The translations under genes were made by a program, and so were the position numbers. A stretch of DNA of 64,000 nucleotides from contig OX597815.1 of NCBI GenBank assembly GCA_951406725.2, positions 104,284,001-104,348,000 of the forward strand, given 5' to 3'. Origin of the DNA: Octopus vulgaris. Lineage: Eukaryota. Positions 1 to 12,862 of this stretch are shown here, one piece after another (position 1 is the stretch's first letter; the number at the start of each line of letters is the position of its first letter). A model generated the notes under the pieces. That model ran no database searches, was not told the DNA's origin, and saw only the letters and a list, made by a program, of their open reading frames with translations.

Positions 1-122
1 ACATAATTACAAATTGTTGACCTCTTCTCTATATTGCTGTTGTTCATACTACATTGACAATTTGTTGTTATTTAACCCTAAGTCAACTTTAATCCTGTTC
101 AAAGTATTTTCTCTTGAAACCA

Positions 123-300
123 GATGTGGCTATGTGGTAAGAAGCTTGCTTCCCAACCACATGGTTCCGGGTTCAGTCACACTGCATGGCACCATGGGAA
201 AGTGTCGCCTACTATAGCCTTGGACTGACCAGTCTTGTCAATGAATTTGGTAGATGGAAACTGAAAGAAACCAGTTTTGTGTGTGTGTGTGTATATACAT
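123..300 (+). mobile_element. tRNA-derived SINE (abundant family)
   Basis: A-box-like TGGCTATGTGG, B-box-like GGTTCAGTC, (GT)n tail. Related copies at ~4750-4870(+), 5010-5150(-), 13660-13790(+), 21708-21905(+), 41950-42010(-), 50840-50960(+), 54160-54250(-), 58110-58258(-). Confidence 0.8.
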
Positions 301-317
301 GTTTTGCATAAAATGTG

Positions 318-512
318 ACCTCGTGTGTACCGTTGGCGATTTTTTTTGTTTCCTCTGTCTTCCCTTCTCTGGATCTTTCCTTCTATGTTTCCGATGAAGA
401 GCTCCGCTCAAAACGTTAAACCATCCTTCTTTCCTGAGCGTCCAATAATACTATATTTGTTCCATGTCCTCGCGTTGCTGTGTTTTTTTGTGTTTTGTTG
501 TTTGGATTAACT
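318..512 (+). repeat. Interspersed repeat carrying a degenerate minimal hammerhead motif (387-421)
   Basis: GTTT-CCGATGA-A-GAGC-TCC-GCTC-AAAAC-GTT-AAAC; homologous decayed copy on - strand at ~16010-16095. Confidence 0.6.
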
Positions 513-1921
513 TTATATATATATACACACACATAGCTTAAAAATATCTCATGTTAACAAAAAATGTAATTAATAAGAAAAGAATAGTTGAATTCAATTG
601 TTCAAAATGTAATTGAATGGTTGGAGGAAGAGTTGTGATGTAACAAACGTAGTATTGTCATCTCTAAAGCAAGCTCTAGTGTTTTAGATCAAGTATGATG
701 AATTTTTTCTGCATTTTAAGTTCTTTGTTATTCTAACACTTAAAGCTGTTTAAAAAAATAATTGTTTAATTAGATACTTTGCCTCAAATTAAATATAATA
801 AATTAGACATCACTCATTCAAGTCTTAATAAAATCAAAATTTGGTACCCATCATTCCCTTGATAAATAGAATCTTTCTCCTCCCTAGTTATGATTTCTGA
901 TGACACTTCGGTTATATATTTTATGGAGAGAGTAATCTACCATAGTGATATCTCCATTGCCTTATATGTTTTTTTCTCTTTTAAGAGCACTATTTTTTTT
1001 TTCTAATTTTAAATTTCCCTGTTTATTCCTTGATTTGCATATTTCTGTATAATTCAGCTTCAGAGCAAATGGTTTTATTTAAACCTATGCATTTGATAAT
1101 TCGTCTGCTGAGTCTTTGAAATATTTTTATATACATACTTACCCCAATTATCCACATTAACAATATTTAGATCACCTTCACACAGGTCATATTTGAAAGC
1201 ATTGTGAAGAAAAAATTATGAACATACTTTAAGTTCAACAATATAATAGTCATTATTATTATTGCCTTTATTAAAAACTCAGGATCGATCTTTCCATGAA
1301 GGTATTTCTAATGAAATACACTATGCTTCTTTAAAATATTTTTGTAAATTACTAGACTTCTGATGGGTTTAGTAACATAACTAATTTTATTCATTGAAGT
1401 TGGTGTTTGGAATCTAATAAAAACATTTTGCATAAAATTATAAAGGGCAGTTTTAATTAAAATATGAATGCTTAAAAACAAGCACTTTATATTGTAAAAC
1501 CAGTGGGTTGACATAGTATGTTAAGTAGGCCAAAATAAGTTTTTTTTCTGTTCCTTGATTTCATTGCAGATTCACTACAAATTTCTGGTTAAGCTGTATA
1601 TTTTTACTTTATATATATATACTATATATATATATACACACACACACATGGTTAGACCTGTTACACTGAGACAAGTTATAGAGATGATTAGCAATGTAGT
1701 TAATTGTTTATCAGATAATTTATAATCTCTAAATTGCCATCCATATCAGCTGTCCTCCGGTTTTTAATTGTTACTCCTACCAATTTTAGTTTTTCTTACA
1801 TTGTTCTTAATGTTACAGTCTATATTAGCACACGCAGTTGTGTGTTTGTGTATATATATATATATACTATGATTTCATATGTATATGAATGTCTGTTGTT
1901 ACCCTTAACAATTAATTTCAG

Positions 1922-2280
1922 TATGGGAGAAGAAACGGAGAATGCGTGAGAGTCGTGGATCGCTGTTTTCTGTTGGTGCTCATCAAATGTCATCTCTCAA
2001 GGAAAACAGTGACTATGAAGACCTGTTGAGAAAGTACCGTAGTATTCAAAAACAAATAGCCAATCTTGATGAAGAAGAGAATTTAGCTGTTCAGGATAAA
2101 TCTACTCAGTCTCCTGGCAACAAGAATTGGGACTCCTATCGAACTATTTCTGTTAGCTCCAAAGGTTCTCAATCTCATGAATCATCTTCAGAGTCTAATA
2201 AAAAAACAAAAAGTCGATGGAATCCACCAAAATCTGGGTCAGAAAGTAATGATAAGAGAGTAGTTTTTGTTAATTCTCAC
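1922..2280 (+). CDS. ZFC3H1: ZFC3H1 coding exon 1 in window (internal)
   Basis: tttcag|TA...CAC|gtaagt; WEKKRRMRES...DYEDLLRKYRSIQKQIANLDEEE. Confidence 0.85.
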
Positions 2281-3049
2281 GTAAGTTTTTATTTATCTTT
2301 TTTTCCAAGTTTTTCCAAAATATAGCTTATGAATTTTCATTTTGGACTGTCATATATTTAATCTCTAGAAATGATTGTCAACCTGACCACTGTGTACCTA
2401 TTTTAAATTTTCATGAGAAAATATTTCTGTATGTGACAATGGACCAAGATGTCTGGTGGTATAAGGTTCTTGAAAAGACCTGCTCACTTAAGTGAAACTG
2501 AGTTCTAGAAGTGCTGTGTGTTCCACCCACATGTACACCCTACCCCAACAAACCAAACTACATATCTTCCTCACATTTCCTCTTTTTCATGTCCTATGCT
2601 TATCTCTTCCTCTCTAATCCTGTACTCACTATATCATTGCTATCCTGTTGTTCCTCTACCCAGGTTTCACAGTCACTACATTCCCCACACCAACACTTTG
2701 CATTCATGTGAAGTCTCTACTTTTTACTCATGTACCTTCGGCAATACCCTACCATTTGTATTCTGATCCCTGTTAGCTATGAGTATGCCCTGGCACTTCA
2801 CCACCATCTCTCTCCTGCATTCTCATATTCTTCTACTCTTGCTCTCTCCATCTGACTGGGTAACCATGTATTTCCTCTACAGCAACATACCTGTTTCTGT
2901 CCTCGTTCTTGATCTCTTTGCCTCTCTCTGGCCAAGTAACCATATATCTTCTCTACAGCAAGGCACCTGTTTCTGTCACACTAACCTTTCATCACCTGAA
3001 ACAAGGTTGCTTCCTCCATTCTCAAAGGTTCATTGTTTTGAAAGCTACT

Positions 3050-3315
3050 TGGTGATCCTGCCAGTGTTGGTGCCATGTAAAAAAAAGTATCCGGTCCACA
3101 CTGTAAAATTACTGGCATTTGGAAGGACATTCAACTGTAAAAACCATGCCAAAACTGATATTGACTGCTGGTTCCATGTAAAAAGCACCCAGTCCACTCT
3201 ACTGGGTGGTTGGCATTAAGAAGGGCATCCAGTCATAAAAGCCATGCCAAAACAGACATTGTAGTCTTCTGCCTAGACAGTTCCACGGAAACCAGACATT
3301 AAATGATGATGATGT
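3050..3315 (+). mobile_element. RTE-LINE-related 3' tail/SINE ending in (GAT)n, with internal tandem duplication
   Basis: ggttggcattaagaagggcatccag...aaccatgcc...ttaaatgatgatgat. Other copies at ~12985-13195(+), 17470-17925(-), 22660-23000(+), 27650-27820(-), 33420-33700(-), 40450-40745(+), 57130-57320(-), 57895-58040(+). Confidence 0.75.
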
Positions 3316-4003
3316 TTTATACAGAATTTTAAAAAATTTCTTTTCCTGTGATATTTTATTGATATTAAAAGCTGGATTGTTTGATACTCTTGAAAATACT
3401 GACAACATTTATTTATTGGTTCTGCTATTTCATTTTACATTTTCCTTTTAATACATGATTAGATGGTTGTCATATATGTTTCTAGAAAGGCTGTTGACTG
3501 AATACTATGAAATCATAAATGTTTAAATAAATACAAAGTCACTTCAGCAAGCAATAAACGTATTCAAGTTGTATTATAAAAAATGTTTGTCTACTTCAGC
3601 ATGTCTTAAAATTAAATGTTGATTATGTAGTTTTAGCCCTTCTTTTTATATAACTCGAACATTAATAATAGATTCATTATCCCAAATATAGTCCCTATTT
3701 TGGCTACCAGCTACAGATTTTGTCTCTGTTATTCCTGATCTCATTTCTTCTCACATATGAATGAGAAATATAATTTCTTTAAATTGTAAGATTATGATTC
3801 AGAACTGTTATCCATTTAACTAAATGGCCGTGCTCTTGAGCTGAAACAAGTAAAAAGATAAAAGAAAACTTTAATATTTGTCATTCTTAATGTGATATGT
3901 TATTGTCAATTTTATATAAGTACTGAATTTTTGTATATTGTCTTTTTCATTTACTTTCCATTTTTTTTTAGCCATGTTTGTCTTTCCATATTTTGTTTTT
4001 CAG

Positions 4004-4196
4004 AAGGCTGAAGATGAGGATGATGAAATAGAAGAACTGCGACGCATTGCTTTAGCCTCAACATCAGAAAATAACAAACCTAAACCCTCTGTTTCAAAAT
4101 CCTCTCAGTCAAAGCCTGTTAGTCGGTCAAGATCTGAGACTTTGCGTCGGAAGACAAACTCTTCAAATAGATCGTCATATAAAAGAGAGTCAACAG
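4004..4196 (+). CDS. ZFC3H1: ZFC3H1 exon 2
   Basis: ttttcag|AAG (NAGNAG, 4007 alternative) ... AG|gtttgc; EDEDDEIEELRRIALAS; phase 0 to 1. Confidence 0.85.
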
Positions 4197-5239
4197 GTTT
4201 GCTCCCAAAACTTATTTTACCTAAAAAAATTGAAATGAAGTTTGTCTACTTTTGGCATTCCATTACTACATAGATTTCTTGGATTAGTACAATAAAAATA
4301 GCCATATATATGTATATATAAAGTGCTGGCATGGTTGTCTGGTTAAAAAGTTTACTTTGCAGTATATATATATCTTTCCAGTTCCACCCCACCCACTCTT
4401 TTATAATGTGAGAAAGCATGTAGCTCCTCTACAGCAAAAAAACCTTTTCGATTCTGGCCCCCTTCTTTCATACATCTCCTAGCATAAAGTCACCTTCTAC
4501 TGCAGTCCCTTATATATGTGTGTGATGGGGTGGCAAATCTTTGTGAGTGTTGATGCTTACATTCCCTGCTAACTTTCTGCTTTCAAAGCCTTGTGGAATA
4601 AAAAAAGTCTCTTTCCTGAAAAACATTTTAGTAACAGGAAGGGCATCTGGCTGTAAAATCTTGCCTCAAATAAATCCCTGTCCAACCTATATTGATAAAC
4701 ACATTAGACATATGAATGAGTTTATATATCCTGACGGTAACATACACCCATGTTCTTGGGTTCAGTTCCACTGCATGGCACCTTGGGCAGGTGTTCTACT
4801 ATAGCCCTGGATCAACCAAAGCTGTGTGAGTGGATTTGATAGAGGGAAACTGAAAGAAACTTATCGTGTGTGTTTTTGTATGTATCCTTGTCTAGGCATT
4901 GTGTGATAGTTTTAAGTGAGCATCATCACACAAGTGAGGTTATTCATTTTCAGTCTTCTGTAAATGCATGTCTAGCTATGGCAAAATATTACTTTGTTTG
5001 GAAACAGTTTCTGCCTACCAAATCCTCTCAGGAAACTTTGGTTGACCTGAGGTTATTGTAGAAGATACCCAAAGGCTCAAGCAGTGGAACTGAACTTGAA
5101 ATTACTTGATTGGGAAGAGAACGTCTCAACCACACAGCCATGTCTGCACTTTGTGTGTGTGTAAAATCGTGTATATATAAAATGGATCAATATAATTTTG
5201 TTGAAAGTTTGCAGAATTTTATTTACCATACTGATGTGT

Positions 5240-6300
5240 CCATCAAAGCTTGGTTCTGAACCTCTTTATTACAGTTCTGCAAATTATGAAAGAGGTGTTC
5301 ATCACCATCTGTTTGTGTGATCTCCTGTATGATGATGACCTAGTTTACATATCCAAATCAATTGAAAAATTAGGCTTAAGTTCTGATATGAAAACAGGCT
5401 CTAGAATTGAGAGACCTGAAGGTGAATTTCTAAAATATTTGATAAAGAGAGAAAACACAAATACTACCAAATGGGAAGTGATCCTGCTCAGTATGCTGAG
5501 AGTAGGTTAACAGCTCTATACTGTACTCCCAATGTAAATACACAGTGAAATTTCAGGCAGTCTGACAGAGGAAGATTTTACATGTAAGAATGGTTAGCAC
5601 TGGACACACTCAAGAAATGAAATCTTTCAGAAGGCTCACTAGAAGTTGTTGGTAGTTTTTGTTACTTCAATGATCTAATATGTTGTGGAGGTATGTTTTT
5701 ATAAAAGTACTAGTGCAGGCATATACAGCTGCATGCGTGCACACATACACGCGAGTACTGTCCAAATCTCTGACCAATCACATATAATTAGCTGGCATTC
5801 AATTGGCATATCAAGTTTCGGGCATTGTGATTGGGTTTTGGATAGAAAATTCACAAAAATGTCACTTCTATTGATTTTTTAATGGCTTTGCGGGGTGACT
5901 GGGGAAATGTAAAGATGTGCACGACCACCCTTGGATGGTTTTGAATGACCATAGAAAGTGTGAGCTCTAACTGAAAAATTGTGGATTTGCATAAAGGATA
6001 CACACACACACACACACACAGTCATTTTGCTGTTTATATATATATAGATTTTAGCTATAATAGAACTTCAAGGAAATATTACTCCTGTTGGTAACAGAAT
6101 GTGTCATGGAGGGAAGAGCAGATTGTATGATACTTGTGTATGATGTAAGATATAAATTGTAGCAAAAACTGAGCACTGAATGTAAAATATAAGCAAAAGG
6201 TGGAAAAAATGTACCCATTGCAAAGTTAAGGTGAGATACACAATGGGGTACTCATCATGCATTTGGGTCTGTATTCAGACAAACATCATAGACTTTATCT
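5240..6300 (+). mobile_element. Degenerate RTE-type LINE reverse transcriptase fragment, interrupted by an insert at ~5745-6050
   Basis: LNLFITVLQ...CDLLYDDDLV (degenerate YADD), collinear with the LINE at 45400-46900. Confidence 0.6.
5745..6050 (+). mobile_element. Non-autonomous Helitron-like (HINE/DINE-type) element
   Basis: Subterminal (CA)n followed by tttatatatatataga end, inserted within a LINE fragment. Confidence 0.45.
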
Positions 6301-7549
6301 AAAGAAAAGTTATTTAAATGGTGTAAAGTTGCTCAACAACATATTCCAATTTCTGCTGTTTGGTCTTGTGCCACCTTAACTCCAGTAGTCTTGACCCGTT
6401 CATTTCTCTTACTCTCTCAACTTGCATAGCAATTAGTATTCCCAGTCTTACCTCTCCTGAATGTTGGCCCTCTGGAATTACACTCCCAACACGTTTTTCT
6501 TGCTGCCATTGACTGGAATTTGTTCAAGAGCACTGTTAAAAAGTATTGATCTCACCAGACTTGGAGCATCTGCAAAGGCCTTGTCCTTCAGATAAACAAA
6601 TGAAAATAAGTCAGCATACATGAGCATCAAAGCACAAGTACACTGCCAGAAAAACTGAGTTTTAGCAGTATCAGTTAAAGTGTGTAAGAACAGAAACTGT
6701 CTTGGTGTAAATGTGATGTGCATTAACAATGATATTTAGGTGAAAAAAAAATGTCATGATACAAGTAGAAATGAACCTGTGAAAGAGGAATACTGAAGAA
6801 AATGTGGGCAGAAATGTTAATGTTCATGGTTGATTTTAGTTTTAATTTTAATGCTAAATTTGAGTAATGCTTCATTTATAAGTGTTGAGGGAAAGAATGA
6901 TAAGAGGTTTGTGGATCAGAGAAACTTCAAGTCAGCAAGGTTTACAAGTGAATTATCAGTGGACTAAGGTCAGTGAAAGATTGAATAATGATTTGGATGT
7001 GGTAAAGAAATCAATAGTCTCAGCAGTTTACTTTGTCTACTCCTCATCTTGCTCATGTCACTATAAATCAGTATTTATTGAGTTTGGTTTTGTTGTATTA
7101 AAACTGATATCACAGGGTTTAAGTTGGATCTGTCTTAACATTTAAGTTTCGGTTCCTCTGATCAATATTAAAACAAATTAATATGTAATTTAGTTGGGTT
7201 TTTTTTAGTGTTTGAATTGTACATTTATATTTATCAGTATCACACAGCAGAGGTAAAAGTTTTGCTTTTTGCTTCAGCTTGTTAACCACATACAATTGCA
7301 TCCTATTGTAGCCAGGGAAGCAGCATCTACATGGTCACTCACCCAGCATGGCTGGAATGCTTGTGATCATAGGCCTGCTTGTTCTGAGCTCACCTATGGC
7401 TAAAATAGTAGTAACTGCAGAGTTTGTATGCTGTTACTCATAGCAAAGTTCCCTGAAGAAATAGTGTACATGTATTAGCCTACTCCACACCCAATTATTA
7501 CTAAACATTTTCAAGAAAGATAGAATCAAAAAATAATGAGATAAATTGG

Positions 7550-9130
7550 AAAATAACTTCAGAAGATAAGAGAAGTCAATGTTATGAAATAATGAAATAT
7601 GAAACCACTTCTCTTTGCTGTAAAATAGATGAGTTCAGCGATTAATTTACAAATGAAAATAGAAATTTTACAAAAGCGGGAAGATTTTGCATTCACCATT
7701 AAAGAAAGTTATAACAAAGCTAGTAATTAAGAGCACCATTATGAAGTAAATTGCAAAATCATTTTGTGTGATTATCCATCAAAATCAGAAAACGAGTCAG
7801 CTATAATAAAACATGACTAAATAACCAACAGGTCCATAATAATGTTCAACAAAAAACTGAAACAACAGTGAAAGCTAGTTATGCTGTGTTATGGAATTTA
7901 GAATTTTTTTAATGCTAAATCCAACTTTCTGAAGAATATACCTGTAGTTATTACATTGTTAAATTTTGACCCCTTCCCCTGGTAAAAAAAAGAAATAATA
8001 ATAATTATAAATTTCAGTGACCAAGCAAACAAACTTTGTTATCACAAAATGATTCTCTCCAATCAGTATCGATGTTGCAGATAAATGCAAAATGACTTAA
8101 AGAATTTCCTGGAATTCAGTTTAGTTCTTGGTGAATCTACAGCAGACAGGGTAACCCACTGTTTATCAGGCTTCTGATGTCAGTTGTGAAAGAAAAAGCA
8201 TTGGCCACAAAAACAATATGTGCCATTGACATTAAAAAATGTGCTTGGTAGAGCCTTAAATATTGATATTCCACTGTGTAGACTCATCAGTGCTGCATCA
8301 GACAGAGCACCTGCAATAATGAAGAAAATGCAGAGTTAATTGCATTAAAGAAAAGAAATGCCTGCTTTCCAGAATTTCTCCATCTACATTCTTCAGTGTG
8401 AACAGCTTGCAGCCAAGTATTTTATATATGAAGATATAGCGCAAACTGATCTTGAAGTTGTTTATTTCTCATACTTAAAAGGAAGACCTGGCATTTCAGA
8501 AATTCTGGGGATTGAAAGCTCTAATGTAAACTCAGTGATATTTCTTTCTGTTGTGATATGGATGGAAAGTGATGAATGGATGCATGATCTGATGTTCCTT
8601 ATTCACATAATAAAACATATACAAACTCTCACCTTGGTACCCCATTGGATGTATAAGATTGTTTCCGATCTTACTCAGCTGATTTTCAGTTTTTGAAATG
8701 TTATCCAAAAAGACATCTTGTCAAGAAACTTCAGACACTTATCCAATTCTTAGTAAAGTAAACACATTCTTTGATATTGAAATAAAAGATCAGAACCCGA
8801 AAAATACTAAGGTTAAATTACAAAGATTTCTTGATAATTTCCTAGACATGTTTTATGTCTTGTTGCAGCTGAAGTCTTGCCTCACTTTTTTTCTTTTGTA
8901 AATCATGTAATCAGTGGTGAATGTCCAATTTTTAAATATCTGATTACAGAATCATAAGACGTGAATCTAAACATGATCCCCAAATTCCAGTTTACAAATG
9001 TGATCTGGGAATAAGTTCTAGATATAAAGTATCTATAATTGAAGGAAATTGTTTACACCCTACCATTTTTAGCATGACATACTGCTGTGAAATATGATGA
9101 AGCCAATTTGTACAGCTTTGACAACCTATC
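7550..9130 (+). pseudogene. Decayed hAT (GTF2IRD2/EPM2AIP1/Buster-like) transposase
   Basis: Fragmentary motifs FSLVLGEST (~8113; cf. SLALDEST), SAASDRAPAIM (~8289; cf. TDGAPAM), ILQCEQLAAK, SMTYCCE (~9071); many stops and frameshifts. Confidence 0.6.
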
Positions 9131-9144
9131 AGCCACAGTATTAA

Positions 9145-10391
9145 CCCTTTCGTTACTATATTTCTGACCAAAATACACCCCCCATGAGTTTCTATTAAAT
9201 TCTAAAATAATCATGAATCTAGACTAGTTTCATTAAACAACTGTAACCTTTTTTACTTATCAACATTTTAATGTGATATTTGGAACATAATTAAAGAAAG
9301 GGTTTTTAATTCAATTGCATAACTTTTGTCTCAAAGTGACTCTAATTACAGGTAAATCCAGGCAAACTGAGCAAAAGGTAAAAATATTTAAATTTTGTTT
9401 AAACATCACCATAGAAAATGAATTATCAGCTAATATTCATTTGGGTATGAAACAAAATTTTGATATAAAAGAATTGTACACATCACTAGATTATCAGTTG
9501 AATTTAATGCACAACAGAACAAGTGTACCATAAAGGTGAAATAAACCGAAATACTGGAATCCACCTAAATCCACTGCAAGTTTGACCAAACTAAAAAAAA
9601 ATATAGGTAAAAAAATAATATACAGCCCTGGTTATGGTATGGAAGTGATAAATTCCAGGCCACATCGTACCCTAGGCCATGCTGACTAACATTATTTTTC
9701 CTGTATAAAAACAAAATCCACAGCAGTTACCAGTATTTGCTTCACAAATTTTCCAAACTTTGATCCCCCATTTTGTGGGCTTTCGTAGCATATACTGTTT
9801 GCTTACATTCTGCGTAACAGTTTGTTTCCACAGTGATCGCTTCAAACAAGCATACTGAAAAAAATTGTTTCACTTCTTAAGAAAGACTATGGATAGACCC
9901 CATCTCCTCAGAAAAATTGCTAATAAAAACATTTTTAAAGTTTTTACTTCATTCCGATGTAAAATTGTCTTCACTGTTGCTATCACCGCTTTCGGTTTCA
10001 GATACAGAAATATCCTATTCATTCTTGTACACCACGTGCTTTTGTACCTCATTCATTCTTTTTCTCGATAACTCCATATTTTCTGTTGAAAAGCTTTTAA
10101 ATTTGGAATCACTGCTTGGTAGCATGAAACTCCTATCCATTTTCAAAGTTGAAAAAAAAAAATTGACGTGGAAAAAATCTCCCAAAATTTACTGAGTTCA
10201 GATATCACATCAAGCAATGTCGGATACAATAACTCAACTATTTACAAAGTGAAATCACATATTTTCACAAATGTACTAATGAGATTTGTGCTTAAATTCG
10301 CATTTAAATAACAATGGGTACTCTTGGCTGGCTATAGCTGGGTTGGTCTTATGAACCAAAAAGTTTTTCAGCTGGGTTAGTATCGAAAGGG
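9145..10391 (-). mobile_element. Internally deleted piggyBac element with intact ends
   Basis: TTAA at 9141-9144 and 10392-10395; TIR ccctttcgttacta / tagtatcgaaaggg (13 of 14 match); - strand remnants KWGIKVWKICEANTG and an acidic Ser-rich N-terminus. Confidence 0.88.
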
Positions 10392-11745
10392 TTAAAGATT
10401 CACTGCCAAGGTGGAGACTCACAAGACTTAAAAGCAGCAAACGTGGCTTTAATATCTTGGTAGTCATAGCAGTAGCAATCATAAAAATATTAAAGACTGT
10501 AATTTTGGAAGGTGTTATTTGATTAAAACATTTCCACTTTTTAAAAGAATATATGTATACTTTTGATTGTTGAAACAAATTTAGAAGTTGAAAGTCAATA
10601 ATAAAATTTGTAGACATTCATTTGTTAATATTTATATCTAATTTTTGTTACCAAATATTTATGCAATATGTAAATGTCTTGCAACTCTTGAGCATTTGAT
10701 GTTTAATATATGTGGCTCTTGCATTTAGTGTATTTGGCCCATAAGCAAGTGTATTGCTTATGGGTTTTCTTTTTACTTCTTCAGTTGTGATTTCAGAACT
10801 AGTAGGGCTGTTTGTGATATTTAGTCTTGATTCATATGGTTGGTTGTTCATTGTAGGCTTTGTGAATTGAGATAGATTCATGCCCCTTGAATTGTATATC
10901 TTATATGTCTATTTACATATTTCTGCACTCTTATCAATTTTAAAAGTGGAAAACTGTTGTCAGATACATTGATGCCTTGCCATTTATCAAGTTAGACTCA
11001 AATACTTACTAATTTCATCAACGAAATTTATTTTTTCAGATTTTCTGATTAATATATTTGTGCTAAAATTAGTCAAGTTGCTTAAAGAGTGACATATTTG
11101 TTATTGAAATGCTTTACTATAGAATTATTCCTTTTGTTGTACATACATTAAGTGTAACTTGCTGTAATTGGATGTTAGAAATAAGAATAACAATTACTTT
11201 GATAATCTCCAATGCAAATTAAATTATTTTATATGAAAATCCTCTCCATTTGGTTGGAAGTGGGGCAGGGCTCATGACATTATCAGGCTTTTTTGACATT
11301 CTGTTTGAAATTCTGTAGGGCAATGTTTGCAGGGAAAGAGACTTCCAGACCGTTATAGCTTTTGGAGTTAGGTTTGAGTGAAATGTTTAATGCAGTATCT
11401 GTACTGGGTTGAAGAAAGGCAAGTGAGTCAAGTCAAATTGAGTAAAGTGTGTTCGTATGTGAGTGTTTTTCAAACAGTTGAGCACTTTTCTTTTGGAGGG
11501 AGCTGAAGATGTTTGTAAGGTAACAGTAATTGTGTCCTATAGACTTCTCCATTACAGTTCTTAATTACTTTTTACAATAATAAACCTTTAGAAGCTTAAG
11601 TTTCTTAGTGCTTTCAGGGAGGTAACTGCAGTGACTATACTTTAATTCTTAACTGGTTCCTTGGTAATTATGAGATCATATTGGTGAAAGACATGGGGCT
11701 AATTTCAGGACTGTACATAAATACTACAATAATTGTTACTTTCAG

Positions 11746-11987
11746 TGTTGAGAGAACAATCCTGTAATAAAAGCGGAATCAAACGGAAACTTGGATTCCT
11801 GAAGCACCGACCAGCTTACCGTTCGTGTCGTAGAAGATTGAGTTCCAGTGAAGATAAGTCAAAATTGGTAAATAACCAACGCAGAGAGATAAATAAAATT
11901 CTTGAAGTAGATGACCCAGTTGAACAAATAGAGAGACTAGCGAAGTATCTCAGTGAAAAGAAGAAGGAATTGGCTATTAACAATAAG
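11746..11987 (+). CDS. ZFC3H1: ZFC3H1 exon 3
   Basis: ctttcag|TG ... AAG|gtgtgt; phase 1 to 0; EINKILEVDDPVEQIERL. Confidence 0.8.
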
Positions 11988-12694
11988 GTGTGTTTCATTT
12001 TCTTTCATTAAATGTACATATCCACCGCTGAGAGAAAATATAGACTTTTATTAACAATAACTGATCTTTGTTTAAACCACTTAGTGAACAATGTCTTATC
12101 CATAGCAGCTTATTACATTTGCATGAGAACATTACTCCGTCTTTCTTGTAGCTAAAAATCATTGATATATGTTTTGACTTTTAAATTTTAACTAAATTCT
12201 GGGACTTAGTTTTGATTAAGCAATATCTCTTTTCATGTATGTACTTTTATTACAATGGTGTGTACTGAATATTCCTTCCACTACCAGCATACATCTGTAA
12301 TGTATCTTACACAATTTAGACTGTAATCTTTTAAATTAAATAACTACTTTTAAAAAATAGTGTATAACCTTACACCAGCAGCATGCTAATAAATAGAATT
12401 AACAATTGCCATTGGCTGTATTCGCTATCATTTCTATAGGTAATGAAATATATACATTGTTAGCTGCCTTGGGGCTTCCTCCTTTGGTATCTTCACTTTC
12501 ATGGGTTGTTTACATTTTTTACTACTCTTGAGTGTAATGCTCCCCCTCCCTTTCTCTCTCTCTCTCCAATTTTGACATGACTTTATAAATTTTTGCATTA
12601 TGTGCAAGTAAATATTGTTTGTAAAAAACAAAAATTTCAATTAAGTAGTATGAATGTATCATTATCACTTCAATATCTTTATTTGAACATCTAG

Positions 12695-12862
12695 CCTCCA
12701 TCCTGTTTGTCCCAGCTGAATGAAACCAAAAGCGATGGTAAAACAAGTAAGGTGCTCCAAGACAACTATGAAGAGGTAGCAATGGAAATTGATTCTGATG
12801 ATGGTCTTGTTGCTGTTAATGAAATTGAAGACATTCATATACAAAGAGAGCCATCCCTTATG
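12695..12862 (+). CDS. ZFC3H1: ZFC3H1 exon 4 (GC donor)
   Basis: ctag|CCT (in-frame alternative acceptor 12716) ... ATG|gcaagt; DNYEEVAMEIDSD. Confidence 0.8.

Noticed and set aside
1923-1949. ATG at 1923 or 1942 as the gene start
   Set aside because: 1923 is out of frame (MGEETENA*). The exon has a good acceptor and an open frame upstream of 1942, and the acidic N-terminal motif I recall for ZFC3H1 is absent, so the start is probably outside the window.
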